From a virus: a stretch of DNA of 64,000 nt. Within the stretch, counting starts at the first letter, position 1. Every line of letters starts with the position of its first letter. The DNA is taken from positions 22,383-86,382 of IMG/VR virus record IMGVR_UViG_3300030108_001677; one strand, given 5' to 3'. The translations under genes and the position numbers were made by a program. The notes under the pieces were generated by a model that worked only from the letters and a program-made list of their open reading frames with translations, searched no databases and was not told where the DNA came from. Below are positions 9,801-19,200 of this stretch, piece by piece.

Positions 9801-12800
9801 CATTTTTCGACATGACGGTTTCCGTAACATAGGATGGAGTCAATGGGAAATGTTGCCCTATCGCCAAATCACTGTGCAAAGAAACAGCCTTTGTGCTGGT
9901 AACAAGATATTCTTCATTCTTGTTGTCTTTCCTTTCACTATTGGTTTCAACAACCATACCAAGTCTTGGTGATAAGTCGGATTGGACTTGTCTGTGATCG
10001 GCTATCTCGGATAATGGAATCGGCATTACGCCCCTTTCAGCACTTGTTCCACCCGTAGCGTCTTTCATGTTTAATGACCGACCCCAATTGTTGGCTGGGT
10101 AATGGACTAAATCTCCGCTTGTTTGGGCGTGGTCGGTTGGGTGTGCGTTAAGATGCAGGTTGTTACCTTTGTATGTTGCTTGATTACCGTTACCAAGTAT
10201 TGGGTCGGAACCCTCATTCAACACTTTGGCGTGTAAGAATTTAGCATTGGCACCGGTTGTGTCTGTGATGTTGGTTCTTTCCGCAGTGACTATACCTGCT
10301 GGCATCGCTTTGGGAGATACCATACCTAAACTTTCAATTTCTAATGTCCTACCCATACCGACCTTTCTTTCCTTTGGAGTCCACTTATCGTTAGACAACC
10401 TTGTGTAGCCTTGTAAATCAAATGCTTCGTTAGTATGTTCGCTCATTACTACACCAATAGGAACGGTTCTATGTATTCCATCATTCAATGCTGATGTTTG
10501 CCAATCGTCACCAACAGGCAATTTGTTCATGGTGTCATGTATTCCTCCGTCAAACCTACCCGAAGCCTGTATCTTTTGTTGATTGGTGGCATCAACATTA
10601 GGCTTACCTGCAAGCATGTTCAAAGAGTCACTACCGCTTCGGAAACCAAAGGCTCTTACAGGCAACCTGCGACTCCAATCAACAGCAACCATAGGATTTC
10701 TTACTGATGTTACTTCATTCCACACATCACTGTTGCTAACATCTTGGTCTAAGATTGAACGGAGAATGTTTTTGGTCGGATTCAACCCATCGCCTATGCC
10801 TTCACCACGACTTTTCCTTCTTGTGTAACCGTAGTAAGAAAAGTGTGGTCGCAATTCAAGTGTTCCTTCGGCCTCATTGATACCATCATGCCCCATTAAA
10901 ACTGCACCTGCGGCTCTTTGACCTAAAACACTGCCGTGCCCTGCGGCAAGGAGTCCGTTGTAGCCGTAATTCTGTAACCACTGAAAAGCATATAGCCTTT
11001 CAAACGGCATAGCAACCTTTGGTGTTCCTTCTTGCTGATTACCACCTGCCTCAACATTAGCATTTCTTAACATCAAGCCTCGTAGTGGAGGGGTGTTGAT
11101 GCCCTTCGGCATACCTGCACTTCTATACCGGAATGTCATGTAATGTTCACGGCTTGTGCCAAACAACGCAGGGTGACTATACTCCGCAAGCCATGTGCAT
11201 AAGAAAGCATCGGGGGTAGCACCGGAGTTAGTGCCATCAGCCTTCACTAAAGCCAAGTCATTGTGTTCAGCGTTTCTATCGAACCCTGCTGATAATGATT
11301 TATCTTTTGGAATAGGCGATGCGGAGGCATTGACAAGATCAGGGTCATGTGCTATGAGAGGCGGCACCGTTCCTAACTCCGTTCCTACACGGGGTTGTAA
11401 CCAACCAGCAGGGTGTCCATAATATGTGTTAGTGCATCGGTTTAATAACATGCTACCGGGTTTTCTTTGAAAGTTTTGTAAAGAAGGCTGTGGGCGGCCA
11501 CCCATTTGTAAATACTGATTTAATATAAAGCCGTTCAAGGTAAATTCTTCTCCGGCATTATGTCTATTTGTTACGGTTCTTGATGTTGCTAAATCTAAAG
11601 CCACAGCCGCATTGTGGGCGGCATTACCGTAGCCACCAAAATTCTGTAACTCTTTACCTAAAACATCTTGAACAAAGTGTTGTTGTTCCTTAGCACCTTC
11701 GGTGGCAGTATGCTCTTGGCCGGGTGCAAATAAGATGTCATAATTATCTTTAGGCGCACTGGTAAAAACACGATGGTGGAAAGGCATGGTATTGTTTTTG
11801 ATTTCACCGTGTGGTAATCCATCAGCCGAGAAAGAACCTGCGTTCATGACTTGGTTTCTTACTTCTAATGTATCAAGATAATATGTTGTTGCATTTTGAC
11901 TGGTGTGTGCTGATTGAAAGCCCCAGTGTTTGTATTCCGACTCCGCTTCAAACATAAGTGAATATGCCGAACCACTTGAGCGATGCAATTGCCTACGCAT
12001 AGAAATAGGCGTTCCTCTTACGGTCATTGGGGTTACGAATGAATGCCCCTGCCTACCAAATCTAATTCGATGGTGTGCTAATTTGTATGCGGCTAAACCT
12101 CCATTACCATCAAGCACTGAACCCCTTTCCACATGATCTGATAATCTATGAGATGCAAACAGTCGTGTGGTGCCGCTTGGTTTGGCACCGGGTGTATTGT
12201 TCAAGTCTAAACCAAATTTGCTGGTCAAAGTATCGTGAAGAATGCGAACAGGATGAAAGTGAAGAACCATGTCGTTTGTGTCAAACTGTGAGGCTTCTCC
12301 CTGCGTGGAGTATGGACTCAACCCTGCTTCAATTACACCCGGCTCATCGGGTCTTGGTATGCTCAATCCACCCATTCCCCAAGATAAGTGTCGCCATGCT
12401 TGCACCCTATCATGACCCGAATATACGAGAATGTTACCCGGTATCTCATCTTGACTCGGTAAGCGTAATTGCAGGTTAGGTTCAATACCACTGTTTGGCG
12501 ATGAGGGCACTGTTGTTTCTTGATTGGTTGCAGGATCTATGCGTGATTGTTTGTAATTGTAATCTCTAATAACTGTGCCAAACGGTGAACCTCCCTCAAG
12601 CACTAACTCGGCACCGGTATCATCAACTACCGGTATTGAATCAAATACTCTTTCTTCATTTGGTATTTGTAATCCTTTTACCCGTTCAGTGTTGACATCC
12701 CTTACAACTCTATACGGCCTGTGTATATGTCCAGCACCACCTGTTGGTAAAGAATTTATGCCCCTTATCAAACTACCAGTTTTTAGACTATGGTAATTTA

Positions 12801-15800
12801 CTGCTTTATTTTTACTCAAGTCGTTATTTGTCATGGTTGTAAATTCGGTGTATTCATCGGTATTTCCGTTACGCAATACGGAGAACCGTGAATCTAAAAC
12901 TCCACCATCCTCAAATGCCACTTTCCATTTACTGGTTTGCTTTGCCTTGAAAAGCATCTCCCCATGTTGAAGTGTGGTTGCTACATTTTGAGTCAAGGTT
13001 ATTGTGGGTGCGGCTCGATACAATTGCGTTCCTGTTGGTATATCTTCAACAAGGCTGGAAAACAACACCCTTGAGAATGTGACACCGTTGACTACTCTTT
13101 CATCTAAGACACCTTTGATGATACCATACAGTTTGCCGTTAATATCAACCACTTGTGCTAAGTTACCCACTGATTGATTGACATAATCAGTCAATAATAA
13201 ATTGCCCCCATAGGTTTGATTGTCTATACTTTTTATGCCAGCGTTAGATTTTACCACTAAGTGTCTATCGGTGGTAGCATGTTCAGTCGTAAATGCGTTC
13301 AGTGTGCTTGTAGCATTTTCAAAATCTAATGTTGGTTTGTAAAACGCTGTTCCTTTGTTTATTGTCGTGGCGTTAGTGCCGGGTTGGATTGCCTCTAGAT
13401 CGGCACCTGCAAAAGTAAGAGTCTTTTCGGTAAGAGATTCACCAAGTATTGATTGGTTATTGGCTAATCTCAAGTTAACATTTTCAACAGCATTCATTCT
13501 ATAAGTGTGGGTGCTGGTGCTTAGGTTACTTGCCAGTGTGATTGTCCAATGTTTGGTGGCTCTTGTCCTTAGCCCAAATTGATAGGGCACCAATGTCAAA
13601 GCAATCAAGTTATTTTCGGCAAGTGTTATGCGTGTTTTTGTCACGCTCGCTATTGTGCCCACTTCGGAACCGGCATTTGTTTCTAAAATAGCACCCGGAA
13701 CAATCCCTCTTTGTCTTAAATCTTGCATTAATATGTTGGGTTCAAATTCTAATTGTGTGGTTGTTTGTGCGCCAACGGTAGTGCCCACACCCAACCCCAT
13801 CGAAGCCTGTGACATGAATGCACTTATGGCTTGAGAATAAGATGTTTGTTGGATTTCCGATATTGTTCCAATATACGCTGGTGTGTATAACACGGTGCCC
13901 CCTGCTATGGCTGAATTGTATGCTGAATGCAAAACTATTGTAGTGGCAGTGACGCTTTTTACTACGCCTATGAAAATGTTACTTACTCCATTCACACTGT
14001 ATATTCTTTCACCTACCTTTATGCGGTCGCCAAATTGACCTGCTGATAAAGGATTTATGTTACCACCACCACTGTTCAATGTGATGGTGTCCGTATTTTG
14101 TGTAAATGCACTAACAGTAACTTCAGTCTTATACAGCGTATGTTCCGAGTATATCCTTTCACCTTCATGGTATATCAAATTAGGATCGGTGCCATCAACA
14201 ACTATTGTGTTTATGTCTTGGGCACTTGATGGTTCTATTGCGTTGCCCGATTCTGTATGAATCTCACAGCCACTAAAGCCAAAACCGGGTGCAAAGCGTT
14301 TCACGACTGTTGTTATGGGTATTGTTCCAATCAAGGTGTCACTATCTGTTCTAACTTCATCTCCCAAATTGAATACAGCATTTGCTTGACCACCTTCTTG
14401 GTCGGCAAGTATGGTGCTTAAATCTCCTGTGCCGTGACTGTTACCCGTTGGGAATGGGTTGAATGTCCTACCTTCAAACCTGTAAATCTTAGTGCCGACT
14501 TTCATGCCACTGTCTATATTCTTCGGTCCTACTGCTGTCAATCCTGTTGGCGTAGTTTCGCTGATGGTTGATATTGTTCCTATCTCCAAAGCATCGGCAG
14601 TGTAAATTTTATCCCCATCCTCAAAGTGTGCTTTTACGGTGGTTGCAGGGGTCAATATCGGAATACTTGTGCCGGTTGTAATATCGGCATTTGCCGAAAC
14701 TACACAGTTTGTGCTAAACGGTCCGGCTGTATCTAATTCAGTGCCGTGTTCATTGTCGGTAATATACAATGAATCTGTATTCACAAGTGTATTGCCGAGA
14801 ACATCTTGCCCCCGCCACTGATATGGATCGACTTCACTTGAACCCATGATGTTTGGTCCGTCAAATGGCATATCCGGTGGCGGCATATCGGGCATCGTGC
14901 ATGAGTTAAGACCCTCTATGGAAAATCGTGAATAACCATGACCTGTGCTGTGAGTTTGAGGCTGTGCCCCTCTTGAATCCGCATTGACATTTGGCAACCC
15001 CATGTTGCCTCCATCCATTGGTTTCGCTGTTAGATGCCACACTGGTAAATCAACACCAAGACCTTGAACAATCGGACCTCCATTTGCTGTTCCCCAATAC
15101 CCACCACCTGTTGGTGTGTCTTGTTCCCACGAAACAACAACAGTGTGTTGTTCACTGGTTTCATTATCAATCAACCATGTTGGATATGAAGATAAAATCG
15201 AAAACTGAACATCTCCTACTGTTCCACTTGATGTTTCTATTTTTGTAATGTTGAATGATAATGTTGCATCGCTATCTATTTCATACCCATCGTATGTTAG
15301 CGTATAGAAACTGACTGGTTGACCACCACTATCTTGAATTGATGAAGCCGGATTGCCTCTAATCGTGCCACGCTTAGGAATATCGGTTGGCATATTACGA
15401 TTGAAACCTGTAAATGTTCGCCTGTTAGGGGTGCCTATTTGCATCAAACGCAATAAGCCGCCTCTAACCGGTTGAGCGTTGCTCAAACCCACTGCAATTG
15501 GCTCATAGAACCTAACTTGTGCGCCTTGTATTTCCATTATCTTTCCTATATATTCATTGTTTAGGGTGTATAGGCTGGTGTTTGGTGATAAATAACCACC
15601 GATACCGTAATTGAAAGTCAATGTTGTTGTCGAGCCAGCAACATGGTTTCCGCTTACCTGCAATACACCTTGACCAACATTCAAACCAGCACCGTATAGT
15701 TTAATGGGGGCATTTCCAATAGTGCTACCATACGCACCATACTGACTATTGCCGGACATCTTTGTGTATCTTGCTCTAAGATACCTGCTGACTGAATGTT

Positions 15801-16218
15801 GACCTACTTGCCTATGCCTACTTGAATTGATGTGAGATGCGATAAGTCGTGCCGCTTCTTCTGTGCCCAAGTCAAATGTTTTGATTGGTATTGCCGAACC
15901 ATTTGCTCTTGCTGTTGCATTTGCCTCCGCCGCCCTTTTCAAATCAATCAACTGAAAGTTTGTTCCATTCCTGTTATCTTCTCCGTTAGTTTGGGCGGCA
16001 GTGGTGTCATTCGCTAACGGTGTTCTAATTAAGAAATTGATACCCAACTGATTTGTTCCGTTCTTAGCGAATGTCATGTCGGTAGGATCTTCATAAGCAG
16101 TATCGGGGTAAGTGAAGTGAAGGCTGAAATAGCCACTGGCTGTTACACCACTGTCTGTGCCTACTGCTGTCAATTCAGCCGGAAACTCCCGCTTCATGAA
16201 AGACAGTCTTTCGCCCAT
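6883..16218 (-). CDS. Giant (about 3110 aa) tail tip/hub and adhesin-like structural protein
   Basis: Start MGERL at 16218 with GGTGA SD; C-terminal hub-like segment (LMEVLRSL...NHVIVEG...IEPGEII...LFAVFETTH); repeated GD/E.IY....IG.I modules. Confidence 0.75.
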   Translation of the reverse strand: MGERLSFMKREFPAELTAVGTDSGVTASGYFSLHFTYPDTAYEDPTDMTFAKNGTNQLGINFLIRTPLANDTTAAQTNGEDNRNGTNFQLIDLKRAAEANATARANGSAIPIKTFDLGTEEAARLIASHINSSRHRQVGQHSVSRYLRARYTKMSGNSQYGAYGSTIGNAPIKLYGAGLNVGQGVLQVSGNHVAGSTTTLTFNYGIGGYLSPNTSLYTLNNEYIGKIMEIQGAQVRFYEPIAVGLSNAQPVRGGLLRLMQIGTPNRRTFTGFNRNMPTDIPKRGTIRGNPASSIQDSGGQPVSFYTLTYDGYEIDSDATLSFNITKIETSSGTVGDVQFSILSSYPTWLIDNETSEQHTVVVSWEQDTPTGGGYWGTANGGPIVQGLGVDLPVWHLTAKPMDGGNMGLPNVNADSRGAQPQTHSTGHGYSRFSIEGLNSCTMPDMPPPDMPFDGPNIMGSSEVDPYQWRGQDVLGNTLVNTDSLYITDNEHGTELDTAGPFSTNCVVSANADITTGTSIPILTPATTVKAHFEDGDKIYTADALEIGTISTISETTPTGLTAVGPKNIDSGMKVGTKIYRFEGRTFNPFPTGNSHGTGDLSTILADQEGGQANAVFNLGDEVRTDSDTLIGTIPITTVVKRFAPGFGFSGCEIHTESGNAIEPSSAQDINTIVVDGTDPNLIYHEGERIYSEHTLYKTEVTVSAFTQNTDTITLNSGGGNINPLSAGQFGDRIKVGERIYSVNGVSNIFIGVVKSVTATTIVLHSAYNSAIAGGTVLYTPAYIGTISEIQQTSYSQAISAFMSQASMGLGVGTTVGAQTTTQLEFEPNILMQDLRQRGIVPGAILETNAGSEVGTIASVTKTRITLAENNLIALTLVPYQFGLRTRATKHWTITLASNLSTSTHTYRMNAVENVNLRLANNQSILGESLTEKTLTFAGADLEAIQPGTNATTINKGTAFYKPTLDFENATSTLNAFTTEHATTDRHLVVKSNAGIKSIDNQTYGGNLLLTDYVNQSVGNLAQVVDINGKLYGIIKGVLDERVVNGVTFSRVLFSSLVEDIPTGTQLYRAAPTITLTQNVATTLQHGEMLFKAKQTSKWKVAFEDGGVLDSRFSVLRNGNTDEYTEFTTMTNNDLSKNKAVNYHSLKTGSLIRGINSLPTGGAGHIHRPYRVVRDVNTERVKGLQIPNEERVFDSIPVVDDTGAELVLEGGSPFGTVIRDYNYKQSRIDPATNQETTVPSSPNSGIEPNLQLRLPSQDEIPGNILVYSGHDRVQAWRHLSWGMGGLSIPRPDEPGVIEAGLSPYSTQGEASQFDTNDMVLHFHPVRILHDTLTSKFGLDLNNTPGAKPSGTTRLFASHRLSDHVERGSVLDGNGGLAAYKLAHHRIRFGRQGHSFVTPMTVRGTPISMRRQLHRSSGSAYSLMFEAESEYKHWGFQSAHTSQNATTYYLDTLEVRNQVMNAGSFSADGLPHGEIKNNTMPFHHRVFTSAPKDNYDILFAPGQEHTATEGAKEQQHFVQDVLGKELQNFGGYGNAAHNAAVALDLATSRTVTNRHNAGEEFTLNGFILNQYLQMGGRPQPSLQNFQRKPGSMLLNRCTNTYYGHPAGWLQPRVGTELGTVPPLIAHDPDLVNASASPIPKDKSLSAGFDRNAEHNDLALVKADGTNSGATPDAFLCTWLAEYSHPALFGTSREHYMTFRYRSAGMPKGINTPPLRGLMLRNANVEAGGNQQEGTPKVAMPFERLYAFQWLQNYGYNGLLAAGHGSVLGQRAAGAVLMGHDGINEAEGTLELRPHFSYYGYTRRKSRGEGIGDGLNPTKNILRSILDQDVSNSDVWNEVTSVRNPMVAVDWSRRLPVRAFGFRSGSDSLNMLAGKPNVDATNQQKIQASGRFDGGIHDTMNKLPVGDDWQTSALNDGIHRTVPIGVVMSEHTNEAFDLQGYTRLSNDKWTPKERKVGMGRTLEIESLGMVSPKAMPAGIVTAERTNITDTTGANAKFLHAKVLNEGSDPILGNGNQATYKGNNLHLNAHPTDHAQTSGDLVHYPANNWGRSLNMKDATGGTSAERGVMPIPLSEIADHRQVQSDLSPRLGMVVETNSERKDNKNEEYLVTSTKAVSLHSDLAIGQHFPLTPSYVTETVMSKNAGSSRLNASTFEGTYGGVSNANLRQDYPQWCLNNKTNLGNPVQGDTVSNFTEHIQDHWAVRGCGDLPPWGGVYILKREWLEYRDNKNKMRSVTPVGDLANIDFTQAQASATLQPVRKEAHYIMRMVRPLKVFGWSSRQDDANDLGQDGWLLGGFSTLSQSGNAHQPFTRDKRYGMFELNNNKQKGFIEPITAIDDKSPVMTWPDGNDRDEIWHLIPSANMLQHFKSDAARRNQNGQLDTTIDARYSQSTHPGGGHVVSQTEIKTGLNYTDQHRRMRPYLRMANDEIAVTSQADHTMTTLGSRTTIRVDAGNVLTVEDATGFPTSGALVIIGLSGSLLYTSRTETTFIISSSTGDCLAINDLSGREVIFGKNPSATIKSTIAHTYPAGHSLVVLPSLVDNAITMAGYEIEKWEATSPLDDTTLSTAISYRGIGHYEPSDFTMLTPQRFVLNDGNKEGTLSYIRKPGTGGLSTVYIDGKALSTNHFSPYLLDASRNRWRISGAVDNTLKFRNLTENSLADSGVALDGYVRLAHYMSVGVRTTDAALLLLKDVEDTLDGADLLPYEPVLSQKMDNQITDLIFNSILLFDIGESQEAYLNAHPSLYATIEHSSVFTDRDMTGVGLMEVLRSLSQFDDRQLVMDSTGIILYSKDAFVAKEKRLGTSSGPQNIEVSAMLEMANHVIVEGERLAQNEKVRAEIKDLEKIKQMGGSGNENGVTRTSTNVVAGLTSNSVAKKMAKRIMNKTEQGASLIKVDGLVSASHIEPGEIIAVDFTNEGIKGLFAVFETTHDSTTGMTSMVIGQYEKGIEGLLADILSSLQTTSEKPTGEFSEQVSVSMSDTVRILSAQRILTRFVLNNRLLIGGRWRNTEQTSQLGAIGVKGGLTGVLKNGAINANTTTFITVDGKDPRQRFKANDGVYLADGQFVGVVASNPVSATQITLTANNLVTIPDNTELRVSSNRADPLGHSKSVFYEVR

Positions 16219-16222
16219 GTTA

Positions 16223-19200
16223 TCACCAAGTGTTCCTCGCATTATAGAGATTGGCGACTTGCTGGGCTGTCATACCATGATTCCACATAGCCATTTCACT
16301 AAGCACCCCTTTCCAATATCTTGGGTCATTATTACCACTACCGTGTGTTCCGTGATAATAACCCGGATAATTTGAAGGGGCTAAAAGATCTATTCCAACA
16401 CAGTGCATGTATGATGATTTACCATAAAGACCACTTGCCAACGCATTACCAACACCAATTGTTTGTGGTAAGTGCCTTCCACTGTCCAACGCTAACGGTT
16501 CAAGTAAAGTCCACGGTGCATACGCCTCCAATACTCCATTGACATAAAGTAATGCTTGTGTTGATGTTGGGTTTCTTGTGATTACTATGTGCTGATATTC
16601 GCTCTTTGGCCTATCGGTGATTTCAGCCGATACCACAACATCAGTGCCATTGTTGTGCGGTGTCATTACCGCCACACGATATGAAAATACTCCGCTTGAA
16701 GAACCTTGCTTTGAAAATATTGACACGCCTAACCCTTTGTAATCGGCTTGGCCTGTATTGATAAAACCGTGATACACCGGACCGTTACCCCATGCTTGAC
16801 TTGACCAATTGCCAGTATCACCCGGTAAGAAAAAGAAAGAAAGCGTGTATTGTGATGTTGCATCGTCAACCCATTCATCTTGTATGGGCACTAAACTTGG
16901 AACATTGGTAAGGGCGTTGTTGTTATTTACCACTAAGTCTTTGTCGTGCAAGGCGATTGCGAATGCTGATGTGTGGCCGTTGGATAATACCCCTTTACAA
17001 CTTGGATCTGCTGTTGGTCCGGCCACTAATGCAACAGTGTCGCTTCGATTGACATACACTTTAGAGCCATGAATTGTGTCTATGGCTAACTTCTTTCTTG
17101 CCTGTGGCTGTCCTAATTCCTCTTGGCTCATTGGTAAATACCAAAGGCATGTGTTCCTTGTATCTAATGTATTGGCGGCATCGGGCAAAGCCCCAGTGAC
17201 AACTGTGTTCACTTGATGGTGCATCCCACGATATGTGTTAGAATTTACAGTATCTTCATTTTTCAATTCACTAAAATCAAGCACTGCGGCTGATGTTTGC
17301 ACGCCTTCTAAATTTTGGAAACCACTGTTTCCAGCCGGACCTTTAGAATAATGGTGGGTATAGAAATCACTGTAATCGTTATCGGTTCCATCGCTTATAT
17401 CGAAGGTCACGCCTGTATGACCACCACCAAAGAATAGAATGCCGTTGGCATCAACAAGCGGGTTTAGTAATTTGACAGGCACTTCTTTCAGTGCGCCCGT
17501 GTTATCATAAAACAAATCTTTCCATTTCTTACCAAGTGTTTTGTCTAAGGGTTGTGTGTTAGCCAAACCAATACACGAACCTACACCGGAAACCTTGCTT
17601 GGTGGAACACCATTCACACCTGTGATTATGTCATCAAATTCTCCTAAATGTTGACCATCAACCAAGATTAATCCTTTATTCTCCCTTGAGATCGTTCCTT
17701 TAATTCTATACAATATGTCCAGTGCTTTGCGCTCAACCATGAGGGTTGGTTGAGATTCGGGGTCATAATTTGGAATTGCATCTCCATTCTCAAATTGCGG
17801 TAGCGACACCGTGTTAAACTCAAACTCTTGACCAACTCCTTCGTAAGTCCGAAGGTTATTATCAGCATCGCTTACAGCCCCATGCACACCCCCTTGAAAT
17901 GTAGTTATGGGCAAGTGTGTTTCACCATCCATACCTAACGGTAAAGGCACGGGGAACGCACCCGCTTGATATGAACGGCTGTTGGTAGCCAATAGGCCAC
18001 CGTGACCTACCGCTTGTATTGGTCTGTATGGGTATGGACTTTCATTGTTTATCCACACTGCAAAGTTACGACCCGAAGCACCCGGCACGGTGCTGTGGAT
18101 TACTATTGACAGTCCTTCTTCACCATCCCTGCTCTCAACGGTTTGTCCTAAGAACGCTCTCAAATAACCCATGTGAGAGCCAGTATCGTTACTTGCTACA
18201 ACAGTGTGTTGACCGGCAGTGTTTGTGAACAAAGGCGGAGGGTCGAAGGCACTACCGCCCTGCAAATTCTTTGCGTTAGGATGTCCGGCTTGATTGATAC
18301 GCCTTATTAATTCATCAACAGCATCTTCAAATTTGCTTACTGTTCCAACACTGGCAATATCGCCCAGTTTTATTTTCATAGGTCTAACCCAATCAAGTGT
18401 AAGACCATCGCTTCTTTTTCCTTTTAATGACAAATAACCACTGCGGCATTCAACAGGCGGAACCAATGGTTTGGTATCTTGCGAATAAAGATAATTTCCG
18501 GGGTCAAAGGTAAAACCTTCCATAGTCGGACCATCATATATCAACACAGTATTCGGGTCATTGGGATCTAAATGTATTCCGCTTCTATCTGTAACTCCGT
18601 TTGTTATTGTCCTACCAAGTGCAAATGTTTTTTCTAACGGACCAATAAAAGACTGTGCTACGGTGCTTTCAGTGCTGTTCGCACCTACCACACCAGCGTT
18701 TAATGCGCTAAAATTGCCTTCAAGCGCAGTTTGAGTATTAGGAATAACATAATTAACTGGTGGAAATCCTACTCCAACACCGTTTGCGTTAGTCAACCAA
18801 CTACCCATAACGACAGGCAACCCAGCAACAATAACACTTTTCAACCCAGCATAACTTAGGTTATTATCTTCAAAGTCTTGGTATGCGTTAAAGTATAATC
18901 TGCTTTCGCTACCGACTGTTAGTGCTTGATGTATGTGTAATCGTATGCCTTTTTCACTGATGATGCCCTCTCCTACGGTTACTACAAAACCCGTATTGTC
19001 AAATGGTTCTGTTGCTAAGGGGGCAGTGACATAATTCCCAGTGTTAGTGCCTTCAAATCCACCTTCTTCGCCTTGTATAAAGGGTAAGATTGAGTCAACT
19101 AAAAGGTATGTGCCAAAGTGCGAAAAGTCTGCATTGTTATTACCTCCACCAAGCACAACTTGTGTGTCGCTGGCCGCACCACTATATGATGCGGCACGGG

